NCBI GenBank assembly: GCA_002633005.1 | Contig: NMRA01000071.1 | Coordinates: 154,976-218,975, forward strand | Reading direction: 5' to 3' | DNA: 64,000 nucleotides | DNA from: Phoronis australis | Lineage: Eukaryota > Animalia > Phoronida | Shown: piece after piece, positions 51,481-64,000 of the stretch | How the letters are laid out: every line of letters starts with the position of its first letter | Position numbering within the stretch: position 1 is the first letter of the stretch | Program-made: the position numbers and the translations under genes | Notes under the pieces: generated by a model | Databases searched by the model: none | What the model was told of the DNA's origin: nothing | The model's input: only the letters and a program-made list of their open reading frames with translations

Positions 51481-52168
51481 TTTACTTATGAGGAGGAAGA
51501 GAATTCTCGTTGCCCTTTCCTGGACATTAAGATTGTGAGAAATCCTGATGGTGGTTTTAAACTACAAATGTACTACAAGAAAACGCACACTGACCAATAT
51601 CTCCATTTTAACTCATGTCACCTGTGACATCATAGACTGAGCATTGTTCGAACACTTTATGACAGGAACCGCACTCTGGCGTCCCTTGAGGAAAATCGTG
51701 CCACAGAAATGGAACTCATCACCTCAGTTGTCGGACTTTGGTAATCCAAAATGGGTGTTCAAAAAGGTCTTTTAAAGAATGGGATGATTTCTGGGGAGTA
51801 TAGTTGTGATCACAAGAATATGGTGATGATCCCCTATGTGAAAGGCGGTTCGTAATCTCTACGGAGTACTTTCAGTGAATTTAATATTAGTACCACCTTA
51901 AAACCTATTTCTACTCTACGTAACTTATTGGTGCATCCGAAGGATTTGCGTGCTAGGGAAGATTGTAGTGTTGTTTATAACATTCCTTGAACTTCGTGCA
52001 AAAGTGTTTATATTAGAGAAATTAGAAGAAATTTTGGTTATAGAATGGCTAAACATGACAAGGATGTTGATCACTTCACAGGGTCACAATGAGGATGGAA
52101 GCAGTCAACATCAGCTTCCAAAAACTAATTTTTTGAGTGATAAGTTGTGTAGGGAGGCAGATGCCTGA
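51481..52168 (+). mobile_element. second decayed Penelope-like fragment (RT thumb + GIY-YIG)
   Basis: FTYEEEENSRCPFLDIKIVRNPDGGFKLQMYYKKTHTDQYLHFNSCH, then IPYVKG and SVVYNIP..CK, with stops and frameshifts. Confidence 0.85.
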
Positions 52169-52492
52169 AAATGAATTAAAAATAACAAAAAAATGGTCAC
52201 AGACACTACATCTTGGTTGGCGAAAGAAAACCACTAAGAGTCACTAGTTCAGTGTACAGCCTAGAGTTCACTATACACAACTGATGACCACTAGATGTCA
52301 CTAGTTCAGTGTACAGCCTGGAGTTCACTATAAGCAACTGATAACAACTAGGTGTCACTAGTACAATGTACTGGAGTTCACTATACACAACTAATGACCA
52401 CTAGGTGTCACTAGTACAATGTACTGGAATTCACTATACACAACTGATGACCACTAGGTGTCACTAGTACAATGTACAGCCTGGAGTTCACT

Positions 52493-53084
52493 CTCGCTGG
52501 TTCCCTGCGTGCCGCTAGGTGGGGCGGTAGCCGCGCCAGCACGCAGGTATCACTTAATTTTCCTCGGTAAATTTTTTTACACCGGCGATTCTGATTGGCT
52601 AGTCAAATTCTCAACAGGCAGCGCTTTACGCAAACAAACTGGTATGACTGATGGACTGAAGTGTAAATGGGGTCTGTTGTGCAGACAAATCGGGTGATTA
52701 AAATTTATGTTCAGGAAATGTGAAGCCTAGAAATTTTAATTGCGCCTTTTCGAGATGCATCTTTCTACTGTCGACGACTTTTGTTTACGATAGTGTCCTG
52801 TATTCATACAGGATGAATAACACACCGGTTAAATCGGCCAGATATGTGTTTATTATACACGCATTTGCTTCAAGTACGCGGCCATTAAACATCACTGCAG
52901 AAACGTAATAGTTTCTGCGACGCCACTTGCATGACAAGGCTAAAAATCGTTCCCAGCCCGCCATTTTTCACGTTGTTGTGAAGCTAACCAATGACTGCCG
53001 AGGTTACATTGACCAATGCTAAAGCGTGTGCCACTGCGTGATACCTGCGTGCTGGCTGGGCTAAGCACGCGGGGAACCAGCGAG
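52493..53084. mobile_element. family B, copy 2
   Basis: CTCGCTGGTTCCC ... GGGAACCAGCGAG termini, flanked by GGAGTTCACT, colinear with copy 1. Confidence 0.87.
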
Positions 53085-54049
53085 GGAGTTCACTATACAC
53101 AACTGATGACCACTAGGTGTCACTAGTACAATGTACAGTCCAGAGTTCACAACTGATGACCACTAGGTGTCACTAGTACAATGTACAGTCCAGAGTTCAC
53201 AACTGATGACCACATGCTGCTACTCCCACCATCCAACTTTATGTCAGTAAAGAATAACTCACGGTGTAATAATGTTATTATTAGTATAGACAGGTCTGTT
53301 CACAGTATGGGATCTGTGACATCTGTTCAAATGAAGAGTGGGAGGATCAGATTAATAGCTTGAAATTAATTCCAAATACGAAACAATAGCATGAACTGAA
53401 GACTAACTTTCCATCCTAATCTGGGTTAATATTTCTTCTTCATAATCACAGTGAATAATTGGGTTCCACTGGAGTGACCGTTTTATTCACACAATTTATG
53501 TCAGTTTCCGAGAACCAATGCCATTTTAAGTACACCAGTCCAATCAATACACACATTATCTATGAATTATTTGCCCATGTCAGTATGACATTTCTGTCTA
53601 TATTTAGACAAGTCATAGCACACATTACACAGAAACCAATAAGATGTCAGTCATAGGTAACCATCAGATACCTGCCCACTTTGATTACAGGTGGCTTCAG
53701 AACTTGTTGAATTTAACTTCGAAAGTGAATTGGAGGATGAAACTTAACTCGAGTAGGTCAGAAATATTTTTATTGCTTAAATGTCGGTTATTGTTCCAAT
53801 AAAAATTTAGACTGCTCATTCAACCAGTCGGTGACACTGCTTTGAGGGAAAGTCCTTACCTTTACTTTGAAGTGAAATTCACAGTTTTCTCCATGACAAA
53901 AGTTTCTCCTACTCCTCTGAGCTCGGTCGAGTGAGTGAAAGTATACAAAGGGATGAATGAGAACCACTTCACAGTACTCGAGTGTGAAGTGTAAACAAGA
54001 GAAAGATGCGTCATAGAACATGAATTTTATGAATTCTAGCTTACGATTT

Positions 54050-54150
54050 CACCTGTTTCAGAGACCGGGTTTCAACCACTTTTGGGCTATAATAAGCGCC
54101 CCCCCTTCCTGAAGCGAATTTTTCTAGGGCGCTTATTAGGGAAAATACGG
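54050..54150 (-). mobile_element. truncated copy of the left end of the 18017-19480 element
   Basis: gatttcacctgtttcagagaccgggtttcaac..ataataagcgcccccc..aaatacggta is the reverse complement of about 18015-18130. Confidence 0.75.
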
Positions 54151-57100
54151 TAACTGGTCTTTTTTTAAATAATATAGGTCAACTCCGTACATTTTAATAG
54201 AACTGGCACTTTTCTACTATGAGATTAGTCATCGTTCAGTAGGGATCTTGATCAGATTGTGAAGTTATTCGCGCGTATAGGTAAGTTTCACGCAGGGAGC
54301 ACGTGATTTTGCTAGATATGCCGGGTCGACCCAGTTTTGAATTGAGCAATAAATAACACCCGCTCTCTTTGCAACTGCACACACGGAGCACGTGACTTTG
54401 CCAGATTTATCCCTAGTCGACCCAGATTTGAACTGAACAATTACCATCACACCTCCCTCTTGTTGCAATTGCACAGTTTGGGTCCGGCCGTGAAGCAAAT
54501 GCGTCTCAGTCTCTCAATAAATTTTAAAACTTGCGACATTTAGCGAGCTATCGAGGTATGACGGGCGACTTATTTTGATTTAAAAACAGATCACAAAGTC
54601 GTTGTTTCCAGCACTGCCTGTGACTTTTCCTCGTTGAAAAGAATACTTGTCAAGCCTCAAACAACATGTATGCATATTTGACACAACAGATACGCTGGAG
54701 TTCATATTTGTACGTTTTTAACGGCTCAACTTAATTCAGTCTTATCCCGTCAGATTGGCTCACACCATGTCAGAAGTGTAAAAAGACTGGGTCGCATTTG
54801 CCGTCAAGAACGAACCGTCCGTGTTTTAATCGAGGACATGAAATGTAGTCACGTCTGAAACAGTTCTTGCTGATATAGTAAGTGGACTGCCTTCCTAGTC
54901 TCATAAAGCTCCACGGTATGACACTTTGCAGCATGCTAATATATTTGAAAACATCTGAGTTTTTAGCAACGGTCTTTGAAGTCGAAATTCTATTTCTCTT
55001 TGAGCCATGAGAAACTTTGTGGTTGTCGGGTTCCGCTGTTTGACCAAACTTACAAGTTCCATGCTTGAATGAATACCCAACTCCCTTGCCCAGTTCGGCT
55101 AAAATTTGGACGTAAGCAGCCACTGCTTGGGTAATCGCCCACTCATGACTTTTGTCAATTTTTGGTTTAAGCGCTCACTACTTCGGTAATCGCCCACCCC
55201 CGTCTCAAGGTTTCCCAGTTTAAGCACTCAGGGAGTTAACCCACAAGTTTACAGTACAAAGCTGGTTTAGTATTCTGCAACAGAAAATGAGAAATGACAT
55301 TAGGAAACCCATCCGTTCAGCGGTATCTTGTAGTTGGGCAATGCTTCTCTAGATCAATCAGGGAAAACTGTTGTCGCCTTTGGCCCTTAATATCACAATT
55401 TTTTATGTAAGGCCCTTTTCAAGCCTGTGTGAACTGTGTTAATTGATCACAGTGATGAACCTTGGTCATCAGCTTACACTGGTCTTCCTCCGTTTAATTT
55501 TGGAGCACTTCTAGTCATTTTGGGAAAAAATTACCAAAACCATCACCAGATTATTTTAACAATGTATAATACAATTATAGACTCGAAAATCATTTTGGAC
55601 AAGCAAATTTGATGCATGATCTTCACTTGATGCTAGCGATTGGAATGTTAACAATCTTCCATGCTTTTCAAGCCATGTTTGCTCCATAACACCCAAACTG
55701 TATATACATGACCTCAAGTTTCCTATCAACTTTAGTCTGATGTGGCAGACAAACGGGATCCTGATTTGTCATCAGTCAAACTGCGAGGACCGTTTCGTTG
55801 AAAACAGTTTCCAAAAAACAGACAAGTGTTCCAACAACTGATAAGTCAAGAAAACACTTTTATTCTAATTCTGCATTCAGAATTACAATTTATTGCAGAA
55901 TGGGGTCATATGGGAAGACTGTCAATCATGGGGTCATGTGGGAAGACTGTCAATCATGGGTTACCTTGCTTTAAACTCAAACTTCTCTTGACAAAATCTT
56001 ATCCACAAGCAGCTCAAGGATGTTTCTCCAGGACTTTGCTCCAAGGTAACCTGTCATTATGTCAATATATAACCTACTGGCCAGCCTTTGGCATGCCTAA
56101 CACAGTGTGTGGAAAGTAACTTTAATAATAAACATTCCAGTAACAAAAAATATCAGTTTGTCTCTTAAAAACATTTCTAGAAAATACCCTAATTGCTTTC
56201 TACGCATGTACAGATTTTCATAAAAATATTGATTTCTGACCAAGCCTGCTAGGGATTTGATTGTCACTTGCCAATACCATAGAGTTAGCCATGTGATTAG
56301 GTGTAGTCTTGTTGCTGGTCCTAGCAAGTTGGCCACTGTTTTTGCTTCTGAGGATGTTCTTCATTAAACGTCGAAACATGCCGAAGTCGATTTAAATCCA
56401 TTGCTGTTTTTATCAACATATGCTGCTACTTGCCATCAGAGAGGTTTTCTCTAACAGTTTGTACACTAACGTACAAACTATTTTTCCCTTGAGAGCTTCA
56501 TGTTACCATAAATAGAGACAAAACTGGCCAAACAAACTATTAGAGATGAAAATCAAGTGTTCCAATTACTAGAGATAAAGATCCATGATTAACAATGACA
56601 ATGCAACGACGCCCTCTGTCCTCCAAGACGGATGTTTAGCAATGTGAATTATATTACCGCAAGTAACAAATTAATGTCCTGGATCATGGATTTACTTCCA
56701 AACTACTTGAGCATTTTGTCACTTTATGTTCTTATAGAGTTCGAAAATTTAAAAAAAAACGCCGGCTTCAATACCTTCGCTCAATTTGCACCTCAGTCAA
56801 ACTGGCATTAGCAGATTACACCAATGACACTAGCGGTTCTTTAGAAATATATATATTTTGATAACTATACAAAAGCATGAATGTACTTCAGGCCAATAAG
56901 AATTTACTGAAAAGGAATGTTGTGTGCCCTGGCGCATATTTGAAATTTCTCAAAAGTTAAAGAGAGCGCTGACTTTATTTCAAAAAAATCAAAGGTAGGT
57001 AAGTATATGTATGCAGTAATAAGAAATTCAAAGACTACAATAGTAAGAAATGTTATTATAATACGATGTCTTTCGACAACCCCTCTACCTAGGCTTGATT

Positions 57101-57231
57101 GTGTGGATACGGTTTCCAACTACCCTTTTTAGGCACCCAGAATAATTTTGTTTCGACATTAGCCAGCTTCATGCAGAACAAAATTCTTCCCATTCGAGTC
57201 TAAAATATCTACCACATGGTAGACTGTCGAC

Positions 57232-58500
57232 CCAGGGTGTACAAATTGGTAGTGGGTGAGGTGTAACCAGCCAGCTAGGGGCACAGAACATCGAGCCTAG
57301 GGAACATTGAGCCAGAGAAATATGGAAACAGAACAACATGGTTGTGGGGAACATTGAGCCAGAGAAATATGGAAACAGAACATGGTTCTGGGGAACATTG
57401 GGCCAGAGAAATATGGAAACAGAACAACATGGTTGTGGGGGAACATTGAGCCAGAGAAATATGGAAACAGAACATGGTTCTGGGGAACATTGGGCCAGAG
57501 AAATATGGAAACAGAACATGGTTCTGGGGAACATTGGGCCAGAGAAATATGGAAACAGAACATGGTTCTGGGGAACATTGGGCCAGAGAAATATGGAAAC
57601 AGAACAACATGGTTCTGGGGAACATTGGGCCAGAGAAATATGGAAACACAACAACATGGTTCTATGGAACATTGGGCCAGATGAATATTGTAAAGCACCA
57701 GGTCTTTTACAACTGAAGGAGGTCCAAGTTCATTGTCAAATAAACTCCCGGGCCTGCTAAAAAGTACAGAGTCAAGCCAGTATACTCTTTTAGTTAGGAC
57801 TGTCGCTGTTCCCTTTTGATGTGCCACTTTAGATTTGTGTGTGCACGCAAGTTCCCACACTCTGGAGTGCATGTTACATTCGCAGTAAACTATATATGAG
57901 TGACAGATACTCATACATACACACGTGCTCAACTGTGGAAAGATGGTCGTGAGAATTTGTCTGTTGTCTTTTGCTATAAAAAACAAGAAGCATCATGACA
58001 CAGGCCATTATAATATTTGACGGCATTTCTAAGTCATCATCGTTTGACGGGACATTGCTCGCAAACAGCGGGGCCAACCAGTGCCGCAGCGCGATATTGT
58101 CAGCAATATTATAATAGGATAATCAGGACATCTTGCATGAAAAATAAGTGTTTTTTCACCGAAACATAAATTGATTGTTTGAGAATGAATAGATACATTG
58201 CTGTTTTATAATGTATTTATGACGTGGTCCAAAATTTTCCTCAGCGTATCTGAAAATTTGGAAAAGTAGCCAAAAACATTTAGCCAATGAAATACGTCAA
58301 AGTAAGGTTTTGAATTATCTCATGTTCACCTGACATGTTTACAAGTCCATGAGAGGGTTGTTACTGGTATGTACATGTGTTCACCTTGATTTGGCAACAA
58401 CCAAATAATGGCCGGATTCACACGTGTTGCATTATATTTGCCAGGTAGCTACTTGCTGCCAAAAACTGGGCTCTCTTGTTACGGCTTGATACAAGATGAA
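57232..58500. mobile_element. dispersed repeat family also present at about 61000-61870 (direct) and 62660-62870 (inverted)
   Basis: Shared blocks agcc.gtatactcttt..ttaggactgtcgctgttc, gtgccgcag.gcgatat and tttggcaacaaccaaataa. gcaagttcccacact.tggagtgcatgttac occurs reverse-complemented near 62660. Confidence 0.7.
57295..57680. repeat. about 44-48-bp minisatellite
   Basis: Unit gggaacattgggccagagaaatatggaaacagaacatggttct. Confidence 0.95.
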
Positions 58501-58962
58501 CAAAGTCTTGGCGCCCATTTTCAAATTACAGGTGGCCAATGTGACTTTCAGCTCGTTATGTCCAGTGCTGAGTCAAGGTTGTAACAACACCGTTGAGGAT
58601 GTGTTTCTAGTTAGAGCCTGTCACTAATTTAGTCCTATAGCAAACCATGGGAGCCGATTACCCAAACAATTGGCGCTATCTCTACGAATTATTTTTACCA
58701 ACGCAAATACGTTAACAAACTAATTTTCCCTCAGACTCCTGCTGTACAGGTTCACTAGTCTCGTCCTCAATCAAAGTCATTAGTATTCTTTTAAATAATA
58801 TATTAAGCAAATACTTGGTCTTGACTTTGCAGTAACTTTTAATTCACGGAAAGCAACTGACGCCGGGTGGTCGAAATAAGACAGCCCCAGTAAACCGTTG
58901 ACAATTCATTGAGTCACGGAGTCTCAAACATAAACATCTTAAACACAATGAAACATTTGAAT

Positions 58963-59180
58963 TACCGTAATCGTTCGGGTTAACGCCCATGCTCAGTTAA
59001 CCGCCCATCCCCGACTTTAAGTGGATTTTCGATTTAACCGCCCACTGCTCGGTTAACCGCCCCTCTGCGATTTTTGAAGATTTCCAGTTAAGCGCCCACC
59101 TCTCAGTTAAGCGCCCATCCCCGACTTTTAAAGAATGAAGATTTAGCGCCTAGTGCTAAGGAAACGCGCGATTCCCCGAC
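58963..59180. mobile_element. pogo/Tigger-like terminus with repeated taa(g/c)cgccc motifs
   Basis: TA|ccgtaatcgttcgggttaacgccc followed by repeated ttaaccgccc/ttaagcgccc. Similar ends at about 55130-55255 and 60530-60685. Confidence 0.55.
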
Positions 59181-59821
59181 TTTTAGAAAAAGATCGACGA
59201 TCACAATGAGTGCAACGACGCCGGGACTCCCGAGACGGTGGTTTAGCAATCTGAATTACAATACAGGTAACGAGTTATTGTCTTGGGTCATGAACTCACT
59301 TCAAAATATAATAGACAATTACACTGTGCTAACTATTAGAGAAATCCCCATACCAGCCATGCTATGACCTGCCACACTCACATCAATGGTTTAATGATTG
59401 AGCCTCTCCTTCAACAACTACTATTGGTTATTTCAGTAAAAAGCCTGTTTAACATTCCGTGTAATCAGTCAAGCTTTAATGGATCAATAATTCCTGCTGA
59501 GTAATACAATATTCTACAGATCACAGACCAGAGTCAACATGAGAGTAACAGATTTAACGCATTTAGACAGACAACACCATACTTACTACTCATAATCAAC
59601 ACACCCTTCCTGTCTGTGAACNACCCCCCCCCCCCCCCCCCGTGTGTGTTCATGCCTACATGATGTCGTTCAGCATTACTATCAGGGTGTGATGAGTTAG
59701 TAATTCAACACTATCACAGTGTGATGAGTTAGTCACTTGAGTGCAGACAATCAAACATAGCGCCATTTTGCAGGAGATAACTCATTTCAATAATTTGAAG
59801 CAATATTCAGCAGGTTCCAAT

Positions 59822-62010
59822 CAGGGCTCGACGCTAATAACATCGCCAGGTCGCATTTTGCGACCTAGCCAAAATCCCAGGTCGCATTTTCAAAATCCAG
59901 CTCGCATTCGTAAATGCCAGGTCGCAAAATTTTCCCGCCATTTTTACGCGCCAAAACAGATTTTTTAGATCATCGGGAAAATGTTTAGATTATGCTCTTA
60001 CCTGCAGCGTTAAATACTCACAAATTTCGGATTTCAAAATTGACTTCATTCATGCAGGTACGGCCTTACTGTTCTTCACGACCGCCATTGAAAGTCTCTA
60101 GAGCGCAAGGCAAGTTGCCGGCGTGAAAGTTGAATCAGTGCTCTCTAACTGACTCGTGCATTCGAGTAGCTAAATTTGCGATGTGAAAAGGGAGAAAATG
60201 CCCGTTGAAAAAGTATCCGGGATTTTGTTAGATCTGGTCTTCTCACTGGCCGTCATCAAAGTCGTTAACGATTCAAACTAACTCGGATAATCGCGAGTTT
60301 GCTCTTCAATACCTTCCAAGTACGGGAAAAATAGGTCAGTCGCAAAACGACACGCATGTCACTAGTGTTAATTTTCTTTCCGAGGTATAAAACAAAGCCG
60401 GGATTTGGTTTTTACATGTTGTGAAAAGACGTTTTAGAAAACTGAAGTTGTGTAAAATGAAAGTGACACACACCATATAAACTGCGTGTCAATTTTAAAC
60501 CACACGCGGTCGTTTGTAGTGCGCAATGATGGGCGCTAGCTTGAACTGTGGGCGCTTAATTGGAAATTCTCAAAATTTAAGGGAGGACTTTTAATAGATC
60601 AGTGAGCGCTTATTATGAAACACTTTAAAGGTAGGGAGTAGGCTTGTGCGTGAGCATAGTCGTTAACCTCAGTGTTTGCGGTAATAAGATATTAAAACGC
60701 TGCAATGGTAAGAAACATTATAATAATACGATTTTGCGAGGCAAACTCCATCTGGTAGGGGTGACTTTCTGGATATCGTTACCACCTACATTGTACCCTT
60801 TTTAGCCACCCGGAATGATTTTTTAACTGCCCGCTTCAGCCGGAACAAGGTTGTTTCTATAGAAGTCTGAACATTTTACGGCGACGGTGGTTCGGGGAGC
60901 GAAAAGTTGCCGGGGGGGGGGGCGTATAAAGAGAAGAATGAAAAGTTCGCTAACTGGAACCACAATTTCGCATCTAGTGCCAGTTTAGTTGCAATAACTG
61001 GCTACGGGCATAGAATACAGGGTTTACAGAACATCGACCTCGGGAAACATCGGAACAGAATAACGTTAGTTCTGGGTTATATCGGTCCCGGGACATCGGG
61101 TCTTTTATAACCGCTGGGAATCTGAGTTCATTTTCAAATAAACCAGAGCCAAGCCGGTATACTCTTTCATTTAGGACTGTCGCTGTTCTTTGAAGTGGTG
61201 CGCACGCGTGAGTTCACGCACTTGAATCGCTGGAGTAGGCCTACACTTTACGTTGGCAACAACGTGTGAAAGACAAATCATATTTCGCGCACGTAGCCCC
61301 AGAAACAAGTAAAGGGTTTGAGAATTTCTTGGAAAATTGAAAGTAAAGACGTGACCGTCGTTTGGCGATTAACAAGGTTGTCATTTTCACTTTGGCTGTC
61401 TTAATACGATAAAAGGAGAAGCATACCTCAGTCTAAGTCACGATTGTCTGCCGGGACCGCTTGCGCGCTAATGGTGCCGCAGTGCGATATCAGGGATATT
61501 GTCGTGGATATTTGGTACATGTAATAAGGACATCTTATGTGAAAAATAAGCATTTTTGTCCACCACAAAGTTTGGTAAGTTGATCGCTTAAGAATTAATA
61601 GAAACACCGTTGTTTTGTGAAGTTTTATCACGTGTAAGCATTGGCCCGAAACTTTCTTCGGCGAATCCGGGAATTTACAAAAGTGGCCGAAAGTGTTAGC
61701 CAATGAAACGCGTCAAAGATCGATTCTGCATATCCCATGTTCACGCGACTTGCTTACAAGTCATCGGGAGGCCTGTTCTCGGTTAGTGTTCTTTTGAACT
61801 TGTATTTGGCAACAACCAAATAACGGTCGGATTAACAAGAGCTGCTTTGTATTTGCCAGGTATCTGTTGAGAAGTGTAAAAACTCAGCTCGCATTCGTTG
61901 GAAATTCCAGGTCGCATTTTGCGACTTTATACGAGCTGACAAAAATCTCAGCTCGCATTTCCAAATTTCAGGTCGCAAATGCGACCTGCAGCTCGTTATG
62001 TCGAGCCCTG
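59822..62010. mobile_element. 2.2-kb non-autonomous hAT-like element, 5-bp TSD CCAAT
   Basis: CAGGGCTCGAC ... GTCGAGCCCTG termini, many subterminal ggtcgca/tgcgacc motifs, CCAAT on both sides. Confidence 0.88.
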
Positions 62011-62338
62011 CCAATGAATCAAATGACTCATGGATATTTGAACAATCGCCAGACTCCGATCGTCTCCCATGTTTCATCGAGAAATCTTCATTTATGTAAC
62101 AGAAGCAATGGAACCTAGTCCACGATTCAATATTCCAACCTCACTGGCCAATCACTTCAGTGCCCAACATTTTACAAAGAGTACGCAAGTACTTATCAAG
62201 ATTCTTCCAGCTGTTTGCAGATAGGGTGGCGAACAACAAAACACAAACAAAAATAATAGGGGTATAGCCTAGATCAAATCCATGTGACACCCCACAGGAA
62301 CCCTCATAAGGGACCAACCACTTTAGACAAATGTCATT

Positions 62339-62570
62339 AAGTGACCTACCACCAACGACATACATCATAAAGTGACCTACCACCAATGACATACATCATA
62401 AAGTGACCTACCACCAATGACATACATCATAAAGTGACCTACCACTAATGACATGTATCAGAAAGTGACCTACCACCAATGACATACATCATAAAGTGAC
62501 CTACCACCTATGACATAAATCATAAAGTGACCTACCACTAATGACATACATCATAAAGTGACCTACCACA
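62339..62570. repeat. about 31-bp minisatellite
   Basis: Unit aagtgacctaccaccaatgacatacatcata. Confidence 0.95.
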
Positions 62571-64000
62571 ATGCCCAATGGCCAAAGATAGTGGCGGTAT
62601 TCAGCACGCACGTAGGGCCTACGTGTGAGTCACCTGTTAATCACATGTTGGTGTCAAGGTAACATGCACTCCAAAGTGTGGGAACTTGCGCACGTGCACC
62701 ACTACAAATCAGTCACACATAGCGACAGTCTGACGAAGTAACAAAAACGTTGCCAATGCTCCCCAAAACTGCGATGTCAAGTCTATTCCCATATTTCCCG
62801 GCTCCATGTTCCCTAAGCCCATCCCTGTAACTAGCTGCGTGAATCTCCTACCCTCACTATTCCACCCAAGGATTTCGCGTGTGGAAATCATTCCATGTAG
62901 GCGACGGTAAGTTCTTGCAAATACTGAGAAAATGAGAAACCTATTTCTCTAAAATACACTAACATCTCTAGACATGGGGGATTTTCAACACCAAGAGTTA
63001 AGGTTGGCATTGTATCTAGTGAAGAGCCTCAACAAAAGTTCCCTTGTACCCAGCAAGGTTACTCGAAGTTTTTTTGCTACAGACGCAGAGCTAGGTCAGC
63101 ATTTGAAGTTGAGACCGTTACTTCTATTTACTTCATGTCTGTCATGAATGAGTCATTAATAAAATTGTCTCTCGTTAATTATTTTCTATTGACTGTGAAT
63201 GTGTACCTTTTTATACCACTGATGATCACGCTGTCAGAAATATTCAGCGTTAGGGAGCCCGGTGTGTGGGGGGGGAACACCAGATTTCTGGCGGCTGGTG
63301 GCGACTAAAATTTGTAGCAACCAGCAGGGACATTACAATATGAACAGAAAGTTACAATGACTATTGACAAGTTGAAGGATTTTTTACACTGAACACTAGG
63401 GGGCCATATCCACCTTGGGTGCCTTCCTTTGCCTGTAGCACGAACAAGGCACATAGAAAACAAGGCAGGGGTGAGTTCAGTAACACTAGAAGCTCTCTAA
63501 AATTTATCCAAAACCACGTGTTCTCATTTAAAATGCTGGGCAATATCTCGCGAAGTCTTGAATTATAGCAAGGTCCTCGTGTTACTGATGCGTCTTCAGT
63601 CTCCACGTAAACAAAAGCAGCGCCATCTATCATTTAGAACCACGCATGCCAGTTGATTTACGTTACATATTTTTTGTAATAAGCAATAATCATCAATGCC
63701 GTTTTCAGAGAATGGTAATTAATAACGCTGTTTGCCTTTTCTCCAAAATAGAAGGTTTTTATGACGTGTTTCGCAAGCTATTGGCAGCAGAGGCAACTGA
63801 GAACATGCAAAAGGACGAAGTGCAGTTCGTGTAATGCTTCGTATGCAAAAACTACATTAGAGGCAAGATTTTTTATTTTAGATTATGAACAGGTTAGGAA
63901 TGACTAAACAAATTATTATAAAGTCAATTTCAGGAAAGGTGCGTTGTGGCTGCCACAGAGTGCCAAATTTGGCCGAAAACGGCTTCAGTGAAAACCTGAA

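Noticed and set aside
56345-56390. Additional hammerhead motifs (also about 14748-14785 and 1251-1285)
   Set aside because: Core boxes are mutated, out of register or deleted; treated as decayed Penelope ends.
3377-62570. CRISPR-like arrays
   Set aside because: All periodic regions are head-to-tail minisatellites with no unique spacers, no cas genes are present, and the context is eukaryotic.
50300-64000. First unc-13 exons (MSLL.V.VK, YVTLK.QNVKSTT) and promoter
   Set aside because: Looked for by eye on the minus strand and not found; probably beyond the window end.

Overview
AT-rich, repeat-dense metazoan (probably marine invertebrate deuterostome; inference) genomic DNA, not prokaryotic. 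The window lies within one large minus-strand gene, an unc-13/Munc13 synaptic vesicle priming factor. A phase-consistent GT-AG exon chain can be read from the C2A domain (50297) through an acidic, Tyr/Ser-rich linker and a calmodulin-binding helix to the conserved IDSMP..PLVSDL segment and a 9-nt microexon (2840). The first C2A exons and the C1/C2B/MUN/C2C exons were not found and probably lie outside the window. Notable points: a 72-bp tandem array copying the 3' end of a C2A exon with its splice donor seven times; a candidate alternative first exon starting MGTQYS (myristoylation-type) that would replace C2A; 9- and 18-nt microexons; and four symmetric phase-2 cassette-like exons. Introns contain decayed Penelope retroelements with hammerhead-ribozyme-like ends, many non-autonomous DNA transposons (5-, 6-, 10/11-bp and TA target duplications; THAP and HIRAN remnants), many minisatellites and a 739-N gap. 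Most ORFs in the supplied track are spurious. All calls are by eye; family assignments come from remembered motifs, not database searches.
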